The notes beneath the pieces were generated by a model. It saw nothing but the letters and a program-made list of their open reading frames with translations. It was not told the DNA's origin and did not search any database. A stretch of 50,832 nucleotides of DNA. Source: a virus (taxonomy: Duplodnaviria; Caudoviricetes). The stretch covers positions 1 through 50,832 of the IMG/VR virus record IMGVR_UViG_3300009506_000047; one strand, given 5' to 3'. A program made the position numbers and the translations under genes. Below are positions 1 to 9,100 of the stretch, in pieces (position 1 is the stretch's first letter; each line of letters starts with the position of its first letter).

Positions 1-144
1 CCATCATATATTATCTTTCGCGCTTTCATTTTATACCTCCGGGCCTATCTTGGCCCTTAATATTATTGCATTTACCTGAACGACCCTACCATCTGCGTAT
101 TCAAGTTCTCTGATTTCCCCTTTGCCCAATAACTTAACAATATC
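1..144. repeat. Terminal direct repeat, left copy (circular assembly overlap)
   Basis: 1-144 is identical to 50689-50832. Confidence 0.97.
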
Positions 145-225
145 ATCAAGTGTTAAGTCAATTCTCTTTTCAATTATATGCTCATGTTCCAGATATTTTG
201 AATCTGGATTGAATGATGTTTTCAT
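31..225 (-). CDS. Hypothetical protein
   Basis: 64 aa ORF; its start overlaps the upstream stop, typical phage gene packing. Confidence 0.7.
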   Translation of the reverse strand: MKTSFNPDSKYLEHEHIIEKRIDLTLDDIVKLLGKGEIRELEYADGRVVQVNAIILRAKIGPEV

Positions 226-455
226 AACTCACCCCGTTTTGCCATTTCCAGTTCCCGTTGGTCTTTATATGGCCAATACGGCTCATCAGTAAATTCAAAT
301 CCATGTGTGGAAATTTGCCCATCAATTAATGCTTGGATTGTATCCACAATAACACCCTCTCCTGGTTTTGCTGTTTGCAATTCCCGGAAATTTTTTGCTC
401 TCTTACTTCGTATCAATCGCCAATCAACCCCGGTTTTAATACTGTCTTTTGCCAT
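222..455 (-). CDS. Hypothetical protein
   Basis: 77 aa ORF with AGGAG RBS upstream. Confidence 0.7.
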   Translation of the reverse strand: MAKDSIKTGVDWRLIRSKRAKNFRELQTAKPGEGVIVDTIQALIDGQISTHGFEFTDEPYWPYKDQRELEMAKRGEL

Positions 456-611
456 CCTTCGTCTCCTGCTAATATGGGGCCGGAATCCACGCCGGCCCCG
501 TTAATTTTTGGTTATACCCGACAAATCCTCCTTTCGTTCAGGTTCATCCCGCACCTAACAGCAACTTATAGTATAAATTATCACCCCCTTTCAGGCGGCG
601 TATCGTTGCCG

Positions 612-719
612 CTACCCACACTTCATTATGATCGCAATTAATATTGCAATAACTAAATAAATAATGCTACCGAATAAACAGCCGTTGATAAGCCCCCTCG
701 CCGCGTCTAGCTCACCCAT
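612..719 (-). CDS. Small single-TM membrane peptide (35 aa, MGELDAARGLINGCLFGSIIYLVIAILIAIIMKCG)
   Basis: Hand-translated; AAGGGGG RBS; resembles 2923-3027. Confidence 0.65.
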   Translation of the reverse strand: MGELDAARGLINGCLFGSIIYLVIAILIAIIMKCG

Positions 720-1045
720 TTTATGATCCCCCTTCTCTGTAGCCAGTTCCAATGGCGGAGACTCATTGAGCGTTGCTTGTGACCCCCAAATTGATACCAG
801 TCTAGCGGCGTCTGTTTTGATACCCTGCTGTCATACCACTTTAAATTTTCTGCTATCTGCTCTGCTGATGGCGTATCCTCACGCGACACTAGGACTATTT
901 TATTAAAGATAGTTTCCAAGTCTGGTTTAGTTTGGAGAAATGTTTTAACCGCTTCCCCAAGTCCTATTGGATAACTGTCATATTGGTTGTATGTTACCTT
1001 TGTTATGCCATTCTTATAAAACCCATAAGCCCCTCCTGTTCCCAT
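707..1045 (-). CDS. Hypothetical phage protein (YNxxDSYPxGLG motif), possibly truncated
   Basis: 112 aa ORF, AGGAG RBS. Confidence 0.65.
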   Translation of the reverse strand: MGTGGAYGFYKNGITKVTYNQYDSYPIGLGEAVKTFLQTKPDLETIFNKIVLVSREDTPSAEQIAENLKWYDSRVSKQTPLDWYQFGGHKQRSMSLRHWNWLQRRGIIKWVS

Positions 1046-1265
1046 AATAAAATCTCCTTACAATGTTATTAATATGGGCAGGCGTTCCCTCTGCTGGTGG
1101 TCTGCCTGCCCTTTGCCCATAAAATAACTGTAAACATCTCCTATGTTGAATTACCCGCGTTTATTGCACGGCTTTGCATCCCTCTGATGCTCACCGGCAC
1201 AGCCGGGCTTTGCGCCTGGCTTCACGCTTTATTCATTAGACTTCATGATGCTTTCCCTTTCCCAC

Positions 1266-1475
1266 TTATTTGTGGTCTTGCTCATAGCCATAGGCTACGT
1301 CATGAGCTATGGCAAGAGCTATGTGAAAACTATAGCTTAATTGTAGACCAAATTTCTTACAAGCGTTTTCGTATAGGTCTATTTGGTTGACCTCACCATG
1401 CTCATTGACATAGGTTTCCGGGGAGCGTTCAAGCTCCCCGGACATCCATTCCTGTATTCTCTGGAATTTGTTCAT
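1266..1475 (-). CDS. Hypothetical protein
   Basis: ORF 1266-1520; the likely start is MNKFQ, overlapping the upstream stop, with a GGTG RBS. Confidence 0.6.
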   Translation of the reverse strand: MNKFQRIQEWMSGELERSPETYVNEHGEVNQIDLYENACKKFGLQLSYSFHIALAIAHDVAYGYEQDHK

Positions 1476-1978
1476 TTTGTCACCACAAATCTTTTCCATG
1501 TTCCATCCATGAAGCCCCAATTTATTCTATCCAGACCTATTGTCGCGGTATGGTTGGGGTTTTCCATATTTACCATATCGGCACATTGTCTGCCCAGATA
1601 TTCCCGAATGTCCAAGACTTTGAACACTTCCGTAATTTGTGTTTGAGATTCGGCGTGATAATATGAATTGACCAACATATCGCTTATTTTGATTGCCTGC
1701 TTTTTAGTGTCATTTATCTTCGCGGCTTCATCCCTTATCATTGGAGCCACAAAGTCTATAGCTTCCTGAACCGTATCACCATTGAAGCCCCTATCCCATA
1801 CCTGACCATTGCTGTATTCAGCAAAATATCTGATCTTGCCCAAATCAAGGTCAAGAAAGTCATATACTTTGACTTCAAATCTGAAAAATGCCTCATCAGC
1901 TTGCAGTGCTTCCTCTATCTCAGATTCGGTTAGCCCTAACTCATCCGACCATTCAATTGCTATTTGTTCCCTTGTCAT
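1472..1978 (-). CDS. Hypothetical protein
   Basis: 168 aa ORF with RBS; GC hairpin just upstream (about 1998-2015). Confidence 0.75.
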   Translation of the reverse strand: MTREQIAIEWSDELGLTESEIEEALQADEAFFRFEVKVYDFLDLDLGKIRYFAEYSNGQVWDRGFNGDTVQEAIDFVAPMIRDEAAKINDTKKQAIKISDMLVNSYYHAESQTQITEVFKVLDIREYLGRQCADMVNMENPNHTATIGLDRINWGFMDGTWKRFVVTK

Positions 1979-2025
1979 TTCCCTGATCCCTCGATTTGGC
2001 GGCCCGAAGGCCGCCGACTATATCA

Positions 2026-2307
2026 TTAGATGCCCTTAATGCCACTAGGTCTTGTATAATCAAATACATCAGCTTTTTCACAATCATTTATTTCATGTGT
2101 TAGCAAATCGCTTTGGCCATCATGAAAGATTGTCAACATATTCAATCTGACTAATCCAACCGGCGTTACTTGCATTCCCATACTACCGCTACAATATTTC
2201 ATCCCTAATGTTTTAGCCTTATTTCTAATAGCATTGATTTCGGGATTTCTACCTTCATACGATACCTGAATTGTATTTCTACTAACTGTGATTCCTGTTA
2301 CTGCCAT
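2026..2307 (-). CDS. Hypothetical early protein
   Basis: The ORF-track start at 2373 lies inside the promoter; the likely start is MAVTG at 2307, with an AGGAG RBS. Confidence 0.65.
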   Translation of the reverse strand: MAVTGITVSRNTIQVSYEGRNPEINAIRNKAKTLGMKYCSGSMGMQVTPVGLVRLNMLTIFHDGQSDLLTHEINDCEKADVFDYTRPSGIKGI

Positions 2308-2353
2308 TTCCTTGTCTCCTGTAAGTTTTCCATCTCCCCCGCCTCTAGTATTA

Positions 2354-2382
2354 ATTATATCATAGTGTGACATCTATGTCAA
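2354..2382 (-). promoter_or_regulatory. Perfect sigma70 promoter TTGACA-17-TATAAT with overlapping palindromic operator TGACAT-NN-ATGTCA
   Basis: Read directly; the 41-bp block 2349-2389 is identical to 3990-4030. Confidence 0.9.
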
Positions 2383-2433
2383 GGAAAAAGTAAAGAAAAA
2401 GCGACATTTATGCCGCCAAAATAGCAAAATTTT

Positions 2434-2622
2434 TTAGACTAAAATTGAGGGATGCGTATCAAGGGCATGAGCTATCTTTTCCAGAGTATTCATTGTGATG
2501 TTCTTAGTCTCACCCTTCATTATTCTGATGATATGCCTTCGTGATATTCCTGATATTGCTTCCAATTGTACCTGCGTCATTTCCTTTTCGTCCATTAGTT
2601 TTTTGAGTCGTTCAATATTCAT
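2434..2622 (-). CDS. XRE/Cro-type HTH transcriptional regulator
   Basis: MTQVQLEAISGISRRHIIRIMKGETKNITMNTLEKIAHAL is a classic HTH_XRE pattern; GGAGGTG RBS. Confidence 0.9.
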   Translation of the reverse strand: MNIERLKKLMDEKEMTQVQLEAISGISRRHIIRIMKGETKNITMNTLEKIAHALDTHPSILV

Positions 2623-2640
2623 ATAATCACCTCCGCTTAT

Positions 2641-2669
2641 ATTATACCATAGTGTGACACTAATGGCAA
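2641..2669 (-). promoter_or_regulatory. Promoter of the HTH gene, TTGCCA-17-TATAAT, with a degenerate copy of the same operator
   Basis: Shares the spacer TGTCACACTATG with the promoters at 2354 and 3995. Confidence 0.8.
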
Positions 2670-2672
2670 TAA

Positions 2673-2921
2673 CTATTCATCCAATACTTCCACCCACCAT
2701 TCTTGCAGCCTATAACCCTCGCCAACCTGTTCCATGCCCCTGAACCGCATCCCATCTGCCGAAATGCTCAGCAATGTGGGGCTATGCAGTATTTGATTAT
2801 TCTCACCAAGTAAGTATAATGTTGGCGTGATACTATTATAATCCAAATCCCCGCAATAGCCTACAGGATGTTGGACTTTAATCCCTTTGGCAGATAGTAG
2901 TTTGTATATAGTTACTTGCAT
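2673..2921 (-). CDS. Hypothetical protein
   Basis: 82 aa ORF. Confidence 0.65.
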   Translation of the reverse strand: MQVTIYKLLSAKGIKVQHPVGYCGDLDYNSITPTLYLLGENNQILHSPTLLSISADGMRFRGMEQVGEGYRLQEWWVEVLDE

Positions 2922-2922
2922 A

Positions 2923-3027
2923 TCAACAATTCCGTAACACTATCACCAATAGTGTTATCCAGAAAGCTAAACTGATTATTGTACCATTAATGAAGCCTTT
3001 TATCGGAGTTAGTGGGTCATCTTCCAT
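2923..3027 (-). CDS. Small single-TM membrane peptide (34 aa, MEDDPLTPIKGFINGTIISLAFWITLLVIVLRNC)
   Basis: Hand-translated; GGGGG RBS. Confidence 0.65.
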   Translation of the reverse strand: MEDDPLTPIKGFINGTIISLAFWITLLVIVLRNC

Positions 3028-3123
3028 CTAATCGCCCCCTATAATAAGTATGCAATCCAGAGCCTTTGCTATATAATCCACATATACTCCAACTGCCTTT
3101 GTCACCTCGTCAATATCCCTCAT
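3028..3123 (-). CDS. Small hypothetical peptide (31 aa)
   Basis: Hand-translated; AAGGA RBS; its stop abuts the next ATG. Confidence 0.45.
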   Translation of the reverse strand: MRDIDEVTKAVGVYVDYIAKALDCILIIGGD

Positions 3124-3211
3124 GGCTTTCCTTATAGCCTGGGATTTATAAGTATAGAAGCCGTGTCAAGGTTCACTTGCCGGGTAGTATTTATCCCCTC
3201 ATTGTGGCCAT

Positions 3212-3252
3212 AAAAAAGGCGAAAAAGAGACCTTTCTTGCTCCTTTTCGCCT
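3212..3252 (-). terminator. Intrinsic terminator
   Basis: AGGCGAAAA/TTTTCGCCT stem followed by a T-run on the minus strand. Confidence 0.75.
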
Positions 3253-3280
3253 ATCAGTACGAAAATATTTGATTTTAATT

Positions 3281-3310
3281 TTGACAAATGTAAAACATAT
3301 TTGCTATAAT
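3281..3310 (+). promoter_or_regulatory. Plus-strand sigma70 promoter TTGACA-18-TATAAT with extended -10 TG
   Basis: Read directly. Confidence 0.75.
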
Positions 3311-3315
3311 ACATA

Positions 3316-3407
3316 TTGCAATCCAAGTGATTGTAAAATTGAATTTAAACCCGCGCTCAAAAATGGGTTAAATTTTTGACTTGAGCCTAGTTCAAGCTAG
3401 GCTTTTG
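3316..3407 (+). ncRNA. Candidate ~90 nt small RNA with three hairpins
   Basis: Own consensus promoter, no ORF, ends in the terminator AGCCTAG-TTCAAG-CTAGGCT-TTT. Confidence 0.6.
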
Positions 3408-3411
3408 TCGT

Positions 3412-3582
3412 TTAAACGGACTTTATTCTTTTTTCAATGTCCCGCGCCTTAATACCTTCGCGTTCAAAAAGTAATCGAATCCCCTGACGTATCAAATCGC
3501 TTTTATTCTTATATCCTCGTTTCTCTGAAAGAATTTTTAATCCTTCGACTTCAAATTTTCCTAAGCTCAGACCGGTTATCAT
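3412..3582 (-). CDS. Ribbon-helix-helix (CopG/Arc-like) regulator, 56 aa
   Basis: Hand-translated ...LSEKRGYKNKSDLIRQGIRLLFE...; AAAGGAG RBS; own promoter. Confidence 0.75.
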   Translation of the reverse strand: MITGLSLGKFEVEGLKILSEKRGYKNKSDLIRQGIRLLFEREGIKARDIEKRIKSV

Positions 3583-3611
3583 TTAATAACTCCTTTCAAT
3601 CATTGATATAT

Positions 3612-3640
3612 ATTATAAATGTAGGACGTGCATAAGTCAA
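3612..3640 (-). promoter_or_regulatory. sigma70 promoter TTGACT-17-TATAAT
   Basis: Upstream of the RHH gene. Confidence 0.8.
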
Positions 3641-3721
3641 GAAAAATGCTGGTGCTTAGGTCATATAGATTTTTGTGTGAAAGATATGCACGTTAGAAAC
3701 CTGTATCTCTATATCGTCTCC

Positions 3722-3949
3722 TTACCCCTCTATAATGGTGAATAACTTCTCATATACCTCTTCAGGACTGTTACTATCAAGTGAATTTGGTGCTTGATAG
3801 TCGCCTTTATAGCCCGTGAAATTAAAATGATATATCCCCCATCTACCGCGCCGCTTCTCAACTATATTGGGATTAGCTTTAATAAAATCATCTAACAGCA
3901 TTTCGTGATGATAATTGATTCCAGATAAATCTAATTGCCCTTGTTTCAT
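3722..3949 (-). CDS. Hypothetical early protein
   Basis: 75 aa ORF, AAGGAG RBS, directly after a strong promoter. Confidence 0.75.
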   Translation of the reverse strand: MKQGQLDLSGINYHHEMLLDDFIKANPNIVEKRRGRWGIYHFNFTGYKGDYQAPNSLDSNSPEEVYEKLFTIIEG

Positions 3950-3994
3950 TTCCTATCTCCTTGTATTAGATGCTTGTTTCTTGTTACATTATTA

Positions 3995-4023
3995 ATTATA
4001 TCATAGTGTGACATCTATGTCAA
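3995..4023 (-). promoter_or_regulatory. Perfect sigma70 promoter with operator, second identical copy
   Basis: TTGACA-17-TATAAT. Confidence 0.9.
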
Positions 4024-4227
4024 GGAAAAATATTACATATATTAGAAAAAAATAGGCTTAAGCCAAAAAATAATTATTTTTTATACATACAGGGATATAC
4101 CGGGTCTTTGGCTCTACATATAGTCATATCGTCAAATCTATAGATGCACCCGGCGGTGCATGGCGGGTAGTATTTCACTTTTGGATTGAAGCAGTCAAGG
4201 ATTTTTCGAATGTGATAGAGGAACATA

Positions 4228-4282
4228 GATAAATAAGCCGCCGGAATATTTATTAGTTACAGCAGGGAGGGTGTCCGGCGGC
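4228..4282 (-). terminator. Probable terminator of the late operon
   Basis: GCCGCCGGA/TCCGGCGGC stem, then a T-rich tail; the loop is long. Confidence 0.55.
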
Positions 4283-4290
4283 ATGGGCTA

Positions 4291-4608
4291 TTATGGCTTC
4301 TTAATAAGTATATCAATTTTCGCGGAATTTGTAGCGACACAGGACTTCAAATCATTTATATCCTTTGAGTTTTGGATTATAAAATCCATTTGCTTTTCTA
4401 CAAGTTGACTGGATGCCTTCAAAACAGCAACCTCAATTTTGTTGTCCATAGCTTCAATCTGTTTTTGCATGGCAATGATTTTGCCGGCAAGTCCAATAAT
4501 TGTACTGAAAATCAAAATTACTACCCAGGGCAGTATCTTTTCTCGAACCCAACCGGTAATATCTTCATATACTTGTCTCATTTCTCTAACCATTGTCCAA
4601 CTCCCCAA
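4291..4608 (-). CDS. Membrane protein with coiled coil (holin/spanin-like position)
   Basis: One TM helix plus a coiled coil; last late gene; start uncertain. Confidence 0.55.
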   Translation of the reverse strand: MGSWTMVREMRQVYEDITGWVREKILPWVVILIFSTIIGLAGKIIAMQKQIEAMDNKIEVAVLKASSQLVEKQMDFIIQNSKDINDLKSCVATNSAKIDILIKKP

Positions 4609-4681
4609 AAAAAATTAAGAAAAGTTTTTAAACTATTGACAAAAACTGTCATAGGCTTTTCATAAGTTTTTTTTAAGGAAC

Positions 4682-6184
4682 TTATTCGCTGATTTTCTCT
4701 TTTATCACTTCCAATACTCTTTTGACTATATTGTTTATATCATATTTATCCTCTCCAGCCGCAGGGTAATAGGTATCATATAAAATTTGTAATCCATCAA
4801 CCAGAATTTCCTTATTATTTGGCTGACTATATAAACCGAAAATGCAATCACAATATGCCGCTTTTTTGTTGAGGTTAAATATATAAGAATATTGTTTCCA
4901 TTCCTGCGTTGCCACCACATATTGATTATCAAAATAATCAGTATTGTTGCCATAGTAGCGCAGACCCACGAACGCCACAGTGGGAACATCAGATTTGACC
5001 CAGAAACTAAGAATTATTCTTTTATTATTATCTGCAAGCAAATGAAAATCTTTTTCAAGGCGATACGATAAGCCGATGGTTTCACCTTTGGATTTTATTC
5101 TTGCAGATAAAGAGTCGAATCTGGCATCCTTATCTTGCTTTATCTGCCCATCACCGAACTGATTTAAAGCAATGGGCAACCCTTTTTCCCATACTTCCAA
5201 ATTTCCAGCAATAATGTTTTGTTTTTGCTTATTTTTGATCGGTGCTTTCTGTTGTCCTGAATTGCCCCAAATCCTGTCTATTTTGCCCTGTGGCGATATA
5301 TCCGGCTCCCTGGCATACATTACCCCATCCAGAGAAAGATATGAGCTTGCATCGCCACGCAACCCCCCTATATAACTATTCACAATATCGACTTGCCGGC
5401 AATTCATAACGGCTATATTCTCACTCATAGTTAAGCCACTGATTTTCACCATATTACAACCGGTTATATCTATGTCATTCCCCGGAGCTTCAATATGTAG
5501 CCCGGTCAATTCAACGGCTCCCACATGCCCCTTGATAACGATTGCTTTTTTCCTATTCCCTTCACAAATGCAATCCCGGACAATCATGCCGCCTTCGCCT
5601 TTTCGCTCTTCACTATAAATACCTGTGTCAAGGCATGAACGGAATTCACTGTTGATAATATGATTTGCATTATTGCCAACAATATCGGAAATGGCATATA
5701 TTCCAAATTGTGGCATTGGCGCGTTATTTGACCAGTATTGAGTATTGGTATAGCATCCATCTATTGTCATCCTCAGACAGCCATTCAGGAATATTCCTTT
5801 ATTCCCGCCTCGTAAGCCTACCCGGATTAATTTCATTCCCCCGCAGAAATTCAGAGTCAATAAATTGCCAGTTCCCGATAGATTGCAAAGCGTCAAATCT
5901 TTGACATAGCACCATTCAAAAATGCCTTCCCGCTTTTCAGGATTATATACAATCATATCAAATCCATTTCCCTGAATCACTGAGCCAGTTCCTTCCCCCC
6001 GAAAGGAAACCGGCTTAGTAATTTTCAGGGTAGCATTCAGGGTATATGTACCAACAGGGAAATATAGTTCGCCCTTGTACGGGCAGGCATCATAAGCTGC
6101 CTGGATGGATGGATAGTCCTGCACATTCAAGGCATAGCATGATATTGCAATCAAAAATAAGCTGATTATAAACATACCTCTCAT
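4682..6184 (-). CDS. Secreted pectin-lyase-like beta-helix protein with C-terminal carbohydrate-binding-like domain
   Basis: N-terminal hydrophobic signal peptide; SIQAAYD...LYFPVGTY motif. Confidence 0.75.
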   Translation of the reverse strand: MRGMFIISLFLIAISCYALNVQDYPSIQAAYDACPYKGELYFPVGTYTLNATLKITKPVSFRGEGTGSVIQGNGFDMIVYNPEKREGIFEWCYVKDLTLCNLSGTGNLLTLNFCGGMKLIRVGLRGGNKGIFLNGCLRMTIDGCYTNTQYWSNNAPMPQFGIYAISDIVGNNANHIINSEFRSCLDTGIYSEERKGEGGMIVRDCICEGNRKKAIVIKGHVGAVELTGLHIEAPGNDIDITGCNMVKISGLTMSENIAVMNCRQVDIVNSYIGGLRGDASSYLSLDGVMYAREPDISPQGKIDRIWGNSGQQKAPIKNKQKQNIIAGNLEVWEKGLPIALNQFGDGQIKQDKDARFDSLSARIKSKGETIGLSYRLEKDFHLLADNNKRIILSFWVKSDVPTVAFVGLRYYGNNTDYFDNQYVVATQEWKQYSYIFNLNKKAAYCDCIFGLYSQPNNKEILVDGLQILYDTYYPAAGEDKYDINNIVKRVLEVIKEKISE

Positions 6185-6196
6185 AAGAATCCCCCT

Positions 6197-9100
6197 TTAT
6201 GGCGTATTCGTCATATCCAACCAACTGCCATCATAGAGATAAAGAATATGGTTTGTTGAGTCATATACAAGGGGAACGCGGCCTGTTTTGGTCGTTGGCG
6301 TTCCTGTAGGCGTTCCTGCACATGACGGAATATATAAAAAACCATCTGTGGCATCAGTAGCTATAGCGGCAGTACCTATAGCTACATTACCCAAATAATC
6401 TATATCCATTCGCTGAGTCAATACCGTTGGGGCCGCGTCTGTTCCTGTCCAAAAAGAAAGATTGGCCGGCACTCTGGTCGTGGCTATCGTGCCTCCACTA
6501 ATACCTTTTATTGCGGCTCCTGTGACATATCCTCCCGCGCCGGAATATCCACGAAATAACAAATTACCCAACTCATCACCGGTAGTTATTACAGTTGGTG
6601 AAGCTATCGTCCCTCTGGTCTTTTGCAAGTGAATTATTGTGGCTACAGTATCGGCACTGGCATGTTGTATGATCACTTCATTGCCTGACGGGGTAATACT
6701 TAAATCGCCATTACTATCAGTTTGAAAATCAGTATAGACACTTCCATCAGTATATGTCAATCTTAATTGTGGATTGCTGGCATCCAATACATCCAATCTT
6801 CTATCCGGGCCTGTCGTCCCTATGCCTACTTTGCTATTTGAATCTATCGTGAATTGCGTTGTTGCTGCCAATTTAATAGCGAAATTAAACGCGCCTGATG
6901 ATTGAGCATAGCATATCCCATAGCTTCCATCTGAATCGTCAAGAAAAAATGCAAGTCGGCGATTATTCCCGCCTTCAAAATTTTGTAACTGCAAGCCTAT
7001 AGCATCATCATTTGTTGTAGTTGAGATGAGATGCTTGACATCCAAATCGCTACTATCGCCGCCAAAATAGGGCATTGATATATTGCTTCCTGCGCCAATA
7101 TGCAAGATGCTATCCGGGGCTGTATTGTTTATACCCACCTTCCCCGTTTTATCAATTCGCATTCTTTCCGTCAAGACAGTCGGCGCTGCATCCGTTCCTG
7201 TCCAAAAACTCAAATGTGCTGGCACCCTGGTTGTCGCTATTGTCCCCTCGCTGATGCCCTTTATCGCCGCTCCTGTAACATATCCATCCGCACCAGAATA
7301 GCCGCGAAACAGCAGATTCCCTAACTCATCACCGGTTGTTATCACTGTAGGCGCGGTTATCGTTCCTCTGGTTTTTTGCATATCAATTTCTGCTGCTACC
7401 GCATCAGCACTTACCTGTTGTGAAATCAAACCGCGTGGGGTTGTTGAGCCAGTATTTATTCCCCATATCTCTGATGATTTTATTGCCGTTAAATCCCATA
7501 GCCAGATGTCATCAAGATAACATGATGCCGCTGTTTCTGCGGCCGAGAAATAAAAGCGTACTCTTGCTGTGGTTGTTGTACCCACATTTGATGATGGGAT
7601 TAAAATTAGTTTTTCGGTCCATGATGTTGTTGTGCCTAACGCTGTCGTTACATTTGTCCCGCCGGGTAAATACATTAAAGCGGTCGCCTGCGTTCCTGTA
7701 ATATGTTTGTGCTTGACGCTCAAGAGATAATCATGCCCAGGGATAAGTGGGACATCCGCGCTAAAACCATGACTGGCGGCGGCTACAACCGCCATTTTTA
7801 CGGCATAAATACCGGAATACTTTTCAGTATCTGAACAACCTGTGCCAGTCTGCTCGATAGTGCAGTCATCATCTCCGTAGATATTCCAATCATCAGCCAA
7901 CGTCCCGTTGATCCAGCGCTCAAAACCGCCATTTTTAATTAAATTATGCGCTGGCATACTGTCGGATAAGTTGAATCTAGTATCTACAGGGGCAGCAATA
8001 ACCGTTAACGGTTGCTTATACCCATTGGTAAAATTCTCGCTAATTTCATAATGCTCAACATACGTGCCAAACGCTGGCCCTATCAAAGTAATATTTCCCG
8101 AATTATCATGAACATACCAACCCACCCGATAAGGCGTACTATGGATAGAATTCTCGATTTCACAGGAGATGAATATATGCTCTGTAGAAGTTGTGCTTGC
8201 GCTTCCAATTTCAAACCCTGGATCGCAATTATAGACACCAGTATTCAGGAATACGTTCTTATTACCGCTTTCCAATACGATGCCTTGATACCAGGGCGGC
8301 CCTGCTCCGCTATATTGCCCATAAGCCGTAATATTCTGAAATACATTCCCTGAACTATCGACCAAATGAATAATAATTCCGTCAATGTCATATAGATATA
8401 AATCTTTGAATGTTGAAACACCGACTGTATCTAAATATATCGCCGGCCCGGCGTCTATATTTTCAATGTATAATCGCTCCAACTCACACGCCCTACAGTC
8501 TTGCGTTCCCGGTAGCATTGAGATGGCTGTATCTGCCAGATTGTTTCCATCTATTACCATATCGGCAATCCTGGCCCCATATTCCTGCGTTATTGTAATC
8601 ATAGTCATGCTGGCAGTGCCTGCCAGTAGAGTAGTAGCACCGACATCAGCATCTGAGAATCGCTTCATTCCGGCCCCGATGAGGTGTATATTGACATTAG
8701 CGGGTAAATCAAGCCCCGTATCGATTTTGAATTTACCAGCAGGAAATAATACAATACCACCGCCAGCGGCCTCAGCGGCATCAATCGCTGCTTGTATGGC
8801 TGCGTAAGAATCGCTTACACCTGTATCGTCTACAGTACCATAGGCGAAAATATTAAACACCTGACCGCCGGCATCGGCAACTGGCAAAAGCACCCTATCC
8901 CCTGTTGGAGTTATGGTCAAATTTCCGTCAGAATCTGTTTCAAAATCAGTATAGACAGAATTATCAGTATATGTTGCCCGTATTTGTGCTACTGATGTAT
9001 TAATTATGTCTAAAGGACGCCGGGGAGTATTCGATAAAATACCCACATAACCCGTTGAATCTTGCACAAAAATGCCAGTGTCGCCATCCTCCACAAGAAA

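Noticed and set aside
1-144. Biological terminal repeat
   Set aside because: It cuts through a gene, so it is more simply an assembly overlap of a circular or permuted genome.
1157-1227. c-di-GMP-I riboswitch or hammerhead ribozyme
   Set aside because: Only fragments (GCGCAAAG, CTGATG) match and the full cores are absent. It is retained only as an unclassified structure.
3132-3326. 64 aa minus-strand ORF
   Set aside because: It has a TTG start without an RBS and crosses a promoter and a terminator.
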